DNA of 63,885 nt, the filler included. It is 6 parts of 6 records of this genome, joined end to end, with 100 filler letters (N's around TTAATTAATTAA, not from the genome) between each part and the next. Parts side by side here need not be neighbours in the genome. Positions count along the whole stretch, not along the records: positions 39,795 to 47,821 come from SRR31156797_1447; positions 47,922 to 54,164 come from SRR31156797_1449; 4 more parts are not named here. One strand, given 5' to 3'. This document shows positions 40,889-51,328 of the stretch, piece after piece (position 1 is the first letter of the stretch; every line of letters begins with the position of its first letter). The translations under genes and the position numbers were made by a program. The notes beneath the pieces were generated by a model, which saw only the letters and a list, made by a program, of their open reading frames with translations, made no database searches and was not told the origin of the DNA.

Positions 40889-42241
40889 ATGGGAACACTA
40901 CGATCGACCTGCCTGACTCTTCTCTGTCTGTCTGCGGTGATCTTCGCAGGCTGTGCGTCCGAGCCAACGATCCGAGTCCGGCTGGTGCATACCGTGGACA
41001 GTCTTACCTTTGTCCCTCAGGGCGACTGGGTCATTCACTCTGGCGAACAGGATAGCCGCCGCATGCTCGACAGTGCAGCGACACCAGAAACAACGAAATC
41101 ATCTCGCACCGATCTGAGACTGCTGGTCAAAGATGGCAAGGTCGCGTTTGAGACCGAAGAAGGGATCGACTCAGGGGGAACGCTTGTGAAATTCGATCCC
41201 GTGTCGCCGGACAGCGTTATGGAGATCAAAGAGGTTCCGTACGGCGTGGGCTGGTGGTGGGAAAGTACACAGGATCGCACGTACCAGGGCCACCTGGAGG
41301 TGAGGCCCGCGCCAGACGGCATGCTTGAGGTCGTCCTCACCCTGCCGATGGAAGAGTACTTGAAAGGCGTTGTCCCATCGGAAATCGGCGCTAATTCACC
41401 CAAGGAAGCGCTCAAAGCCCAGGCCGTGGCCGCCCGGTCAGAGGCACTATTGGCCCTTGAGACGGGAAAATACGCGGGCGAGCACCACGACATCGGCTCC
41501 GACGTAGACTCTCAGGCCTACTCCGGGAATGTAAAAAGGACCGAGGCGTCAGATGAGGCAGTCTATGCTACGCGTGGGCTGGCGCTCTATTACGATGGCA
41601 AACCTCTGGCAGCCTTCTACGCATCCTCCTGCGGAGGTCATTCTGAAGATATCCGCAACGTCTGGAGCCACCGTTCACACGAAAAGGGATACTGGGATGT
41701 TGCCCGGTTCGACGGCGACGGCGACTGGCACTATGACCTTTCAAAGGACGCGAACCTCCGGGATTGGCTCGCGGCCGATCCTGACGTCTACTGCAATCCG
41801 AACAAACACGACGTGCCAGACTGGGCGGCGAAAAACTTCCGCTGGGAGCGTGTGATCACAGCGGAGCAGCTTACGGAGTGGGTCGGCAAGAAGAAGGACA
41901 TCGGACGTGTTGTTGCGCTCCGCCCTCTCAAGCGAGGTCCTTCAGGTCGGTTCGTCGAAATCGAGTTCGTCGGCGAGAACGGCTCTTATATGGAAGGGCC
42001 TGAACTGCCGATTCGCATGGTGTTTGATCCACCACTTAAAAGTGCCGCCTTTGTGGTCGATACGACTGGTCCCGAGCACCGCCCGGACAGCTTCGTTTTT
42101 CGGGGTGCCGGCTGGGGGCACGGCGTGGGCATGTGCCAGACGGGCGCTATCGCCAGGGCACGGGAAGGGCGGATGTTCCATGAGATATTGAAGCACTACT
42201 ACCCGAAGGCCGAAATTCGCAGCGTCTGGCGTACGGACTAG
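40889..42241 (+). CDS. SpoIID/LytB-domain lytic transglycosylase lipoprotein
   Basis: Lipobox FAGC; EEYLKGVVPSE, EALKAQAVAARS, SQAY.G, GWGHGVGMCQ.GA, IL.HYY. Confidence 0.9.
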   Translation: MGTLRSTCLTLLCLSAVIFAGCASEPTIRVRLVHTVDSLTFVPQGDWVIHSGEQDSRRMLDSAATPETTKSSRTDLRLLVKDGKVAFETEEGIDSGGTLVKFDPVSPDSVMEIKEVPYGVGWWWESTQDRTYQGHLEVRPAPDGMLEVVLTLPMEEYLKGVVPSEIGANSPKEALKAQAVAARSEALLALETGKYAGEHHDIGSDVDSQAYSGNVKRTEASDEAVYATRGLALYYDGKPLAAFYASSCGGHSEDIRNVWSHRSHEKGYWDVARFDGDGDWHYDLSKDANLRDWLAADPDVYCNPNKHDVPDWAAKNFRWERVITAEQLTEWVGKKKDIGRVVALRPLKRGPSGRFVEIEFVGENGSYMEGPELPIRMVFDPPLKSAAFVVDTTGPEHRPDSFVFRGAGWGHGVGMCQTGAIARAREGRMFHEILKHYYPKAEIRSVWRTD

Positions 42242-42571
42242 CAGTTGCCAAGGTGCATTGAGTTCCGTCGATGCGTGAACATTGCGACAACCTTACTGTT
42301 CCGACGACGATCGCCCTCAGGCCCGTTGTACATAACACGAAGTAGCGGAGCGACAGCCCTGGACCTTCTGAACGCACCACACAACCAGAACACGGACATT
42401 CCCAGGTAGAGTCCCATTACCGCGCGCATAATGTGAGTGAGATTGGTCGTATCAACCTTGATGCCGAAGAGAGTATCCAGGGTGAGCGATGCCCTGGCTC
42501 CGAATCCCAGCGCGATCGGCACCAGGCCGACAGCACAGAAGACCAGAACGGCGCGGGTTTCTTTTGTTCAT
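42238..42571 (-). pseudogene. DUF4345-like membrane protein remnant
   Basis: ATG 42571 is 1 nt out of frame with TKETRAVLVFCAVGLVPIALGFG...THIMRAVMGLYLGM..FW..GAF; the C-terminus loses similarity. Confidence 0.5.
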
Positions 42572-42625
42572 TCATCATGTTGTATTTTCTGCCGGGGAGT
42601 TAACCGGATACGCTGACTCAGTGAC

Positions 42626-43102
42626 TCACGCACGCACCATGACGACCTCATCGATTTCTTCGCCACGGGCGTTTGCGAAACCTCGTTCGTTCCGTGCGAT
42701 GGTGAAACCACACTTCTCCAGCACACGGATGGATGCGACATTGTCCTTCGCCGCTCGTGCATAGATCGGACGCACCGGAATCTGCTCCAGGAATGCAGTG
42801 AGTGCAGCCGTCGCCACGCCTTGCCCCCACCACTCGCGGCCGAGCCAGTACGTGACCTCCGGTTCTTCCCCTCGATTGAACTTCGCGATATGACCAGCGA
42901 CCTTGTCGTCCACGAGAATGGTTTGACTCACGATGGTTTCATTCGCACGAATGTTCGCCCAATGCGTATCGAATGCGTCTCGGTCAGAAGGATCATCTCC
43001 GATGAATGCGGCCATCTGTTGAGCAATTGGATCCTGCTCATGAGCGAAAAACTCACCAAGATCCTCGTCCTGCACATCCCGTAATCTGAGCCGTTCAATC
43101 AT
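42626..43102 (-). CDS. GNAT (RimJ/RimL-like) acetyltransferase
   Basis: EVTYWLGREWWGQGVAT.AL, DNVASIRVLEKCGF; RBS GGAGG before MIERLRLR. Confidence 0.85.
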   Translation of the reverse strand: MIERLRLRDVQDEDLGEFFAHEQDPIAQQMAAFIGDDPSDRDAFDTHWANIRANETIVSQTILVDDKVAGHIAKFNRGEEPEVTYWLGREWWGQGVATAALTAFLEQIPVRPIYARAAKDNVASIRVLEKCGFTIARNERGFANARGEEIDEVVMVRA

Positions 43103-43444
43103 CTCGCTTTTCCTCCATCCAAACCCGAGCACAAAATAACGCAATCGACATCCTCGGTTGAATCGTACCCATCCCAACAGTCTCAAACAAGATCAACTTC
43201 TCCGAACGAACTTTCTGCTGCCAGGTAGTACAGCAAGGTCAGGCAGTTGTAAAACTCGACAGTCGAGCGTACGATCTCCACCGGAAAATGGAAAAACCAG
43301 TTGATACAACTGGGCCTGCACCTTTGGTTTCGACTCTCCTGAGTACCAGGCCGTGCAGGAATCGGCGATCCGCACATCCGCTTTAGTAAGATCGCCGCTT
43401 ACGAACAAGTGATTGAGAAGCCCGAGTAAGGAAGTATTAGCATT

Positions 43445-44866
43445 ATGAGTATGCCTTCAACTCAGACTGATCCATACGAAAACCCGGTCATCAAAGTTGT
43501 TTACGAGTATGTGAATGGATTACGAGGACTGTTCACGTGCCCGAGAGAACTCTGGTTTACATTCCTGATCAAGGTTCTCGAGAGTCTCTGTTATTTCTCC
43601 ACTGTCCTTGTGTTAATGGTATTCCTGACCCAGGACATGGGGCTTTCAGATGTGAAGGCCGGGACCATCTTCGGCATATTCTCCGCATCCATGTCGTTCT
43701 TCATGCTGTTCGTAGGTTTCATTGCGGACTCGCTGGGCATCAAGAAAGCGTTGCTTGTGGGATTGATCATCGCGATGGTGGGACGGATGACGATCGCCTT
43801 CAGCACGTCCCCCTGGATTGTCTACCCCGGACTCTTCGTGCTGTCGATTGGGTTCGCCTACATGATCCCTCTCCTGGCAGCGGCTGTCGCACTGTTCAGC
43901 ACGAAGAAAACGCAGAAGTTCGCGTTCTCCTGGTACTACGTGGTCATGAATATAGGCAGCCTTATCGCGGGTCTTAGCCTGGACTGGTTGCGTGGGATTT
44001 TCACTGAAACCATCCAATTCTCCGTGCTCGGAATGGATATTGCCGTACGCCCCACGCAGATGATTTTCCTCGTTGCCGTGGCAACCACGATTGTTTCCTT
44101 ATTCGTTGTGGTCTTCTGCATACGATCGAAAGTCCCGAAAAAAGAGGAAACAGAAAAGCAGGAAAAGCCTGAACCGGCAGAAGCAAAGAAGACCGAAACG
44201 GCCAATGGAGAAAAAAAAGAATCACCATTCCAGGTCATGATGGAAGTTGTTCACGAAAAAACCTTCTGGATCTTCATCGTCTTTATCTTACTGCTGGTCA
44301 TGGTGAAAATGATATTCCAGTACAATCACTCCCTGTATCCCCTCTACATGGAACGGATCGACCTGAAACTGTGGACAGGAAAACTCTATGCCATCAACCC
44401 GGCAATTGTGATCATTCTTGTCCCCGTCATGACCGCCATCACGAGCCAGATGAATGCTTACAAGGTCATCCTGTTCGGCAGTTTCATTGCGGCCGGCTCG
44501 GTGTTCTTCCTGGGGCTTGGCGAATCCATCGTCTACATCGTCCTCTTCCAGGTAGTGTTGTCCATCGGTGAGGCCATCTACTCGCCTCGAGTGTACGACT
44601 ACACCGCCAACATCGCTCCTCCAGGCCGGGAAGCCAGCTACATGGCGTATTCCAAAGCCCCCATGTTCTTCGCGAAAGTAGCTTCAGGACCCGCTTCCGG
44701 TTTCCTGTTGTTCCACCTGTGTCCAGTAGAAGGGGAAAGAAATACCGAACTGATGTGGATCATTGTAGGAGTCACGACCATTATTTCCCCGATCACACTA
44801 TGGTTCGGACGAAAATGGCTGGACGTGGAATCGAAGAAGAAAGCAATGGAAGAGAACGGGGCGTAA
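43445..44866 (+). CDS. MFS transporter (POT/PTR-like)
   Basis: About 12 TM; GFIADSLGIKK motif A, AFSWYYVVMNIG, SIGEAIYSP, APPGREASYM. Confidence 0.85.
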   Translation: MSMPSTQTDPYENPVIKVVYEYVNGLRGLFTCPRELWFTFLIKVLESLCYFSTVLVLMVFLTQDMGLSDVKAGTIFGIFSASMSFFMLFVGFIADSLGIKKALLVGLIIAMVGRMTIAFSTSPWIVYPGLFVLSIGFAYMIPLLAAAVALFSTKKTQKFAFSWYYVVMNIGSLIAGLSLDWLRGIFTETIQFSVLGMDIAVRPTQMIFLVAVATTIVSLFVVVFCIRSKVPKKEETEKQEKPEPAEAKKTETANGEKKESPFQVMMEVVHEKTFWIFIVFILLLVMVKMIFQYNHSLYPLYMERIDLKLWTGKLYAINPAIVIILVPVMTAITSQMNAYKVILFGSFIAAGSVFFLGLGESIVYIVLFQVVLSIGEAIYSPRVYDYTANIAPPGREASYMAYSKAPMFFAKVASGPASGFLLFHLCPVEGERNTELMWIIVGVTTIISPITLWFGRKWLDVESKKKAMEENGA

Positions 44867-44906
44867 GAGACCACAGAACAGCCTTATCCAGATATTGATT
44901 TTCTCA

Positions 44907-44932
44907 ATCGGCGCCGCGAAAGCGGCGCCGAT
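44907..44932. terminator. GC-rich hairpin after the MFS gene
   Basis: ATCGGCGCCGC-GAAA-GCGGCGCCGAT, perfect stem with a GNRA loop; no clear T tract. Confidence 0.55.
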
Positions 44933-45300
44933 GGCAGCCATTTCAATGAACCCAACCTTGCTCCCGCGCCGTCGCCAGGAATGGACTTGCCTCCAGTTTC
45001 TTTCTATCTCAGTTGCTCCTAGTCACTTCGAAGATGGCATATACAACATCAGACAAGGACTTCCCAGACTTTCAAAGGCTTCAGACTCATCCTCGTTGTA
45101 AGAAAATAGCATTTGATTTGACCCAGATTATCTGGCTCCTAGAATTACCGAAACTGGACCATATTTGTACTAATTGTTAGTGCAAATGAAAGAACCGTCA
45201 CCAGATGATGATGAGTACGTTCTTTTCGACGGCATTAGAGAAAAAGAGGACACACATTTCGAGCTTCTTGGAAATACAAATCTCCAGAAAGGAATATATC

Positions 45301-47821
45301 ATGAACCGAACATTCGCAACGATCGCTGTGATTCTTGCGTCTTGTTGTACAACGTACGGACAAAGCAACCTGATTCCAAATTCGTATGTCGACTATACAG
45401 CTTCTCACGTCCCGCAGGACTTCACGATCTCTTTACCCGAAGGCTACCCTCTCGAACTAGCCGTCGCAGGCGCTGATGGAGGCAACGCGATCGCTGGCTC
45501 ATTTGACCAATGCACATCATCAGGTGGTCAGGGGGCGACTGTAAGCGGCGTTTTCATGATCGGCACAGGCTCCGGACAGCTTGCTCCCGGCGGAACGATT
45601 CGTTTTATCCTCGGTGAGCACGGCAGTGACAGCAACCGAACGTTCTCAGCAGCAGGTGCCGGTGGTGGTGGTAGCGCGATCCTGTACCTTCCCCCGGGTG
45701 GTTCATGGTCAACACCTTACGGTCAACCCGGCGCGGGCCAGATCCTGCTTGCAGCCGGAGGTGGAGGCGGCGCCACACAGAAAGTAACGTTCGGCGTTGA
45801 AGACTGCGTGAACGGAACGACCGGCGGTAACGGCGTGCAGACCGAATGTGGTGGTGAAGATGGTGGAGGCAATAACAGCGGAGCCCCCGGATGCAACGGC
45901 CAGGCAGGCCAGGACTTCCCTTCCATTGGTGAAGCTGGCAATGGTGCCTTCGGCGCAATCAGCCTCTATCAACAGGGTTGGCCAGCCGGTGGTGAGTCAG
46001 ATCAGGATCCTCCGGATGGCGTGACCGGTGGCTGGGGTTTTGGTCCCGGAGGAGCGAGTGATTATGTATCACCCAACTGCGGTGGCGGTGGTGGCGGTGG
46101 CTACTCCGGCGGTGCAGGTGGTGGCCGGAATCATAATGGTGGCGGTGGTGGAAGCTTCTATGCTTCATTCGCAATCGATACCACGTATGCAATCGACACA
46201 TTTATTGGGGAAGGACGCAACGGACGCGCCGCGATCTACTGTGTGCAGCCTTCCAACACGAATGCGGATGGCGCATTTGCTTTCACCGCTGGCGAAACGC
46301 TTGCAGGTCTCCCCTGCTTCCCCGACTTCGAAGCGATCGCGACCCCATGCCCCGCAAGCAGTTACACAGGCGATGTCTGGTATCGCTACGATAGCCCGAA
46401 TGCATCCTGCACTCAAACTCTGTCGTTCAGTTGGACATCTCCAGAAACGGCTGTCTCTGCTCATTCAATAAATGATCCGGGCACTACGCTCGACTGCAGC
46501 AATAATGGACAGTTCAGCATCGAAGTTGCACCTTCCGGTTCACTGTTGATACGTATCGCCAGTGGTCTCGCGGGATTCGAAGTACTGACGTCCGCATCAA
46601 ATCCGGACCCAGGCAACAACGGCGTCTGCAATGATCTGTGTGTGTACGCAATACCGCTTCTTGATGGCGTAATAACAGGCACTCTGGCCAATGCCACGCA
46701 CGACGTCTATCCATCGTGCTCCAGCGGACCGGATCAAACCGAAGACATCTGGTACTCCTACACCAACACGGCAAGTTGTCAGGCCGAAGTCACCGTTTCA
46801 ACGTGCTCTGGCGATTATGCGAATGAGTTGCGAATGCTGGCTGTTTATTACAGCTGCGCTGGACCAGAAATTGCATGTGATGCCGGCACCGTGGAAGAAC
46901 CTTGCGCATCAATCACATGGACCATGGAGCCGGGAGAAACACACCTGATCCGCCTCAGCCGCACGTCCAATTCCAACCCGTTGAATGATTTTACCCTCAC
47001 CGTCTCAAGCATCGGCGCCGGCGACCGCGATAACGACGGTGTAGAAGATGCATGCGATAATTGTCTTGATGACCCGAATCTGGATCAGGTCGACACGGAT
47101 GGCGACGGAGCCGGCGATGCATGCGACACGTGCCCCGGCTTTGACGACTTTGCAGACGCGGATGGCGATACCGTGGCGGATGCCTGCGACGTTTGCCCCG
47201 GATTTGACGATCTTCAGGATGCGGATGGAGACGCCGTCCCCGACGACTGCGATCCCTGCCCCAACAACAATCCCGACGACGTGGATGGCAATGGAACCTG
47301 CGGCGGGCAGATTCTGATTGAAGGAAATCTGCAAAGCGGTATCACGTACTTCGGAGACTTGAATCCGCCGTCAGCAATCGCCGACCAGCCTTGCGCAACA
47401 AGCGAACCAGGCACCTATGACTTCTGGACCTTCAGCGCAACCGCTGGCGATACGATCATGATCGAGTTGGATCGTCTCGATCCGGATCTCGATCCCACGA
47501 TGTCACTCTGGGCAGGGAACCTGAACGGCGCTTCGCTGGATGATTTCTCATCACCAACGGTGAATCCTGTACAGACCCTGGTGACTATCCCACCGGATAA
47601 TGAACTTCCGGCGACAATCGCCAACCAGATTATCCAGGGAGATGGCGAAGATCCCGCACTGGTAGGGTTCGTCGCACCCAACACAGGCACGTACACGGTT
47701 CTAGTTGCAGGCATCTGCAATGCCGCCGTGGATGACAACACCTATTCGATCCGCCTCGATCTGAATGCCGAAGCGATCATTCGAAACGTGTCAAACAATG
47801 CCACCTATCAGACGCTTCAAG
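45301..47821 (+). CDS. Large secreted protein with Gly-rich domain, Cys-rich beta modules and thrombospondin type 3 Ca-binding repeats; 3'-partial
   Basis: RBS AAGGA and signal peptide; GADGG...GGQGA...AAGGGGG...GGGGGYSGG; DVWY/DIWY modules; DxDxDGxxDxCDxC repeats; PPC-like domain. Confidence 0.75.
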
Positions 47822-47921
47822 NNNNNNNNNNNNNNNNNNNNNNNNNNNNNNNNNNNNNNNNNNNNTTAATTAATTAANNNNNNNNNNNNNNNNNNNNNNN
47901 NNNNNNNNNNNNNNNNNNNNN
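47822..47921. other. Artificial contig spacer
   Basis: N44-TTAATTAATTAA-N44. Confidence 0.99.
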
Positions 47922-48841
47922 TCCCGCTCATGGGCCGACTCCCTGACCTGCTTGCCCAGCGTATCCTTGAAGATGGCCTTCTGCAGCTCGAAATCATTCT
48001 CAACAATGCTCTGATCAGCCAGCCTGATGTTGAGATAAAGGCTGACCTTCTGGCCCTTTCTGTGAACCGCCCTGATCGCTTCTCTCAGCCTTTCCCTTCC
48101 CCCGAGGAAGACCGATGGATTGTAATCGGGATAGAGGATGTCATGACCGTGGGCGTATCCGAAGACATGAAGCCAATGCCCCTTACCAAGGTGCTTTTTC
48201 ATAATCCCCGCAATATCTTCCAGGATCATGAACCCCTTCTCTTCAGGAATGACGCAGTCGTAATCGGGACCGATCAGCCCGACCTGCTGCAGATACTGCC
48301 CCTCCGGCTCGGGGGGCGGGAGCTGAGGCCACTTCACCTTGTCGATGATCTTGCCCAGCCATTTCAGAGCGTCTTCCGGGCTCCCGTGGAACTGGGTAAG
48401 CAGCCAGTTGGCCCGGCCTGTCTTTACAGAGAACTCCACCCGTTCCCGGGATCTGCTTTTAACATTGAAACGGGTGATTCGGCCTTTCTCGTCAGGCATG
48501 GCGCTGAGGATGACCCCCCCCTTCCCATCACCGATTATAATGGTCCTGAAAAAGGCGCTGGTCGGATAGTTTACAGAGACGCCCCTGGTCTGATCCTCAA
48601 TGGTGGCAAGCTTTGCGCTTACCTCCTCAAGCCTGCCCTTTTCCCCTTCGTGATTGGGCCACCAGAACCAGGATTCACCAGGTCTCTGAATCTCCGCTTC
48701 CAGCCTGAAGATACCGATCTGAGAACCCGACAGAACCCTGAAGATATAGAGCGGTCCCGATTTGGTCGTTTCCATAGGGCCGTCCACATGAAGACGGCAG
48801 AGCAGATCGTCGCTGTGGTATATGATCGATTCGTCACTCAA
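47922..48841 (-). CDS. Putative glycoside-hydrolase-like (DUF6259-like) protein, 3'-partial
   Basis: LHVFGYAHGHDILYPDYNP...LGG...LREAI..VH.KG.KV.LYLN.R, a TIM-barrel pattern. Confidence 0.55.
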
Positions 48842-48868
48842 TGCGCAAGTCCCCTATACCGGGGAAGC

Positions 48869-49492
48869 TTATGTGCCAGGCGTCCCCTTGAGATATCCCA
48901 GAACCATGGTCTCCGCTTCTTCCAGATAGGAATCCAGATCAAAGGCACTCTCGTCGATCAGATACTGGACCGACGCCCCCATAAGAAGAGAGACGATCAT
49001 AGCCGGCGCGCCTTCTCCTCGCTCGGGAAGAAACCTTCCCGCCGAAACGCCTTCTGAAATCACCTCATATAAATTATATCGCCAATTGAGATAGGATTTC
49101 TGAATTTTTTCCTTTAAATCGGGATCCGTCGTTCCCTGAACCCAGAAATCGAACTGTATGAACTCAAGTTTCCGGTCCAGTATGGATCGCTTTTTCTCCT
49201 GAAAGAACATATGGATCTTCCCCTCGGGCGTCCCGTCGGAACTGGCAAAATCCATATCCCTCTCCTTTCGGAATATCTGAAGGATGTAGTCCAGGAGCTT
49301 GGATAACAGCTCTTTCTTGGTATGAAAATAGTAATGGAGGATTCCCTGACTCATCCCTGCTTCATCGGAAATGTGTCGCATCCTCACCCCGCTGATCTTC
49401 TCTCTCGCTATGACATCGAGGGCAGCCTGCATTATCTTCTCAGAGCTGCTTTCCAGGTCTTTTTCTTTCCGGTCCATAGGGAATTGTAGCAT
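48869..49492 (-). CDS. TetR/BetI-like regulator
   Basis: IMQAALDVI...MRHISDEAGMSQGILHYYF.TK.EL. Confidence 0.9.
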   Translation of the reverse strand: MLQFPMDRKEKDLESSSEKIMQAALDVIAREKISGVRMRHISDEAGMSQGILHYYFHTKKELLSKLLDYILQIFRKERDMDFASSDGTPEGKIHMFFQEKKRSILDRKLEFIQFDFWVQGTTDPDLKEKIQKSYLNWRYNLYEVISEGVSAGRFLPERGEGAPAMIVSLLMGASVQYLIDESAFDLDSYLEEAETMVLGYLKGTPGT

Positions 49493-49551
49493 TAATACGG
49501 AAAAGAAACAGAACTTTACTGTTTATCCGGGAATCGCTATGCTGTAGGGAC

Positions 49552-49923
49552 ATGAAAAACAGTATCATTACAGTCATATTAATCCTCGTAACGATCCTCT
49601 CTTTCACCGGCTGCGACAGAAAGACCGGGACGGACCTTATGTTCTACTACTTTGAGACCTGCCCCTCCTGCGAAGAGTATCAGCTCGCCGAGCTTTGTAA
49701 GGATAAGATAGGAGAGCTGAACGGAAAGAAACAGTGGACGGGAATATCCCGCAACCTGGTCAGCCCCGAGGCGGCGAAGGAACTGAAGGACGTCCTTCAG
49801 GAGAAGGGGCTTCCCGACGTATCCCGCTCCCTCCCCCTGCTCATCATGGGAGATGAATACATCAACGGCTATGAGGCCATCGGAGAGAAGCTGGAAGAGC
49901 TGCAGGCGGGCACCGGAAACTAG
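49552..49923 (+). CDS. Thioredoxin/glutaredoxin-like lipoprotein
   Basis: Lipobox FTGC; FYYFETCPSC; LPLLIMGDEYING. Confidence 0.7.
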   Translation: MKNSIITVILILVTILSFTGCDRKTGTDLMFYYFETCPSCEEYQLAELCKDKIGELNGKKQWTGISRNLVSPEAAKELKDVLQEKGLPDVSRSLPLLIMGDEYINGYEAIGEKLEELQAGTGN

Positions 49924-51323
49924 GAGAGGAGAACGAACAGCCCCATCCCCAGAAAGAGGAGGGCCGTCGCCAGCTTGATCTTTCCCAGATGCCTGGCAAA
50001 GAGCGCCCCGATCCGATCCGAATCGCTCCCTTTGTAGAAGAATAGGAATACAACTATCAGAGGCAGAATGAAGGCCGTGTTGTAGAGGAGCAGCGGAGTC
50101 AGCGCCGTCCTCTGCCCCTGCTTGAGCATGTAAACCAGCATGGGCAGGTAGATCTGTCCCGTGCATCCCAGCTCATAGAGGGAGATCAGGAAGCCCGCCC
50201 CGAAGCTGCTGAGGCAGAGGAGAGCCGAACGGCTGCTGTGCCGCAGGGTACTGTGGATCTTTTTCTTCCGTTTCGCCGAAAGCTGGAGGATGGAGTCGGA
50301 GGCGCGCCCCTGTCTGACGCGGACGAAATCCACCAGACTGAGAGACGCCAGGACCAGAAGCCCTGCCCCCAGTATATAGCGGATCAGCGAGGCGATAAGG
50401 GAGAAGGAAGAGGCGGCACGCAAAAACTGAAAGGCTCCCAGGCCGATCAGGAAGTAGCAGAGGAACACCGCCAGAGTGAAGCTTCCTCCGATCCAGAGAA
50501 TATCCCGTCCCTTGCGTCCGATGAGACGCAGATAGGAGATCATAAAGATCAGGGTGGTAAAGGCGCAGGGATTGATACCGTCCAGAAGCCCTGCCAGGAA
50601 GACGGGCAGCCAGCGGAGCTCGGCTACGCCTCCCTTGCCGGACGGAGCATCAGCCGAATCGGACGGATGAGCGCCCTTTCCTTCCAGGGCGGCAGGAAAA
50701 TCATGAAAGATCTCCTTCTCTCCCAGGAAGATCCTCCCGTCTGTGACGAGGGCTGGAAAATCCTGGATCACCACGCCCCGCTCCTCCGCGATGCCCCTCA
50801 GAAGCTCGAAGCTGCCTGGATCGAATGCGTTCAGCATTCCAATCTCCAGGACAACCCCAAGGCGCTGCTCCAACTCGGGAACCAACTCGGAAGAAAAGGT
50901 ATCGCAGATGCTGCAGCCGGGCGTATGGAAGAACAGCATCTCCCCCTTCCCCGCAGGGGGGGCCGGGAGAGCGGACAGGTCGGCACCGGAGGGAAGAAGG
51001 GAGTAAAGGTAGGGAAGGTCTTCCCGATCCGAAAGCATGAGGATCACCGAGCCTTCCGGCACCGCATCGCCCCTGTTCTCTACCTGAACCGAAGCGCTCG
51101 CGCCACCCTCAAGGCTAAGAGTGGAAGGATGAACTGAAATTCCCTCGGAGGAAGGAAGAAAGTCTATCTCAAGGAGTTCATCTGATCTGTTGGAAAACGC
51201 CACACGGACCGAGCCGCCCGCCGGAGGAAGAACGGCCGAGGGCGGATCGATAAGGACCTCCGCTCCCAGAGGGAGGGAGAGGAGAAGGGCGCACAGCAGA
51301 AAGAGCAGGGTCGGTCTGATCAC
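49920..51323 (-). CDS. CcdA/DsbD-like membrane protein with Ig-like and CxxC glutaredoxin-like domains
   Basis: Signal peptide; FHTPGCSIC; AGLLDGINPCAF; ELGCTGQIYLP; YN.AFILPL. Confidence 0.8.
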   Translation of the reverse strand: MIRPTLLFLLCALLLSLPLGAEVLIDPPSAVLPPAGGSVRVAFSNRSDELLEIDFLPSSEGISVHPSTLSLEGGASASVQVENRGDAVPEGSVILMLSDREDLPYLYSLLPSGADLSALPAPPAGKGEMLFFHTPGCSICDTFSSELVPELEQRLGVVLEIGMLNAFDPGSFELLRGIAEERGVVIQDFPALVTDGRIFLGEKEIFHDFPAALEGKGAHPSDSADAPSGKGGVAELRWLPVFLAGLLDGINPCAFTTLIFMISYLRLIGRKGRDILWIGGSFTLAVFLCYFLIGLGAFQFLRAASSFSLIASLIRYILGAGLLVLASLSLVDFVRVRQGRASDSILQLSAKRKKKIHSTLRHSSRSALLCLSSFGAGFLISLYELGCTGQIYLPMLVYMLKQGQRTALTPLLLYNTAFILPLIVVFLFFYKGSDSDRIGALFARHLGKIKLATALLFLGMGLFVLLS

Positions 51324-51328
51324 GGGGC

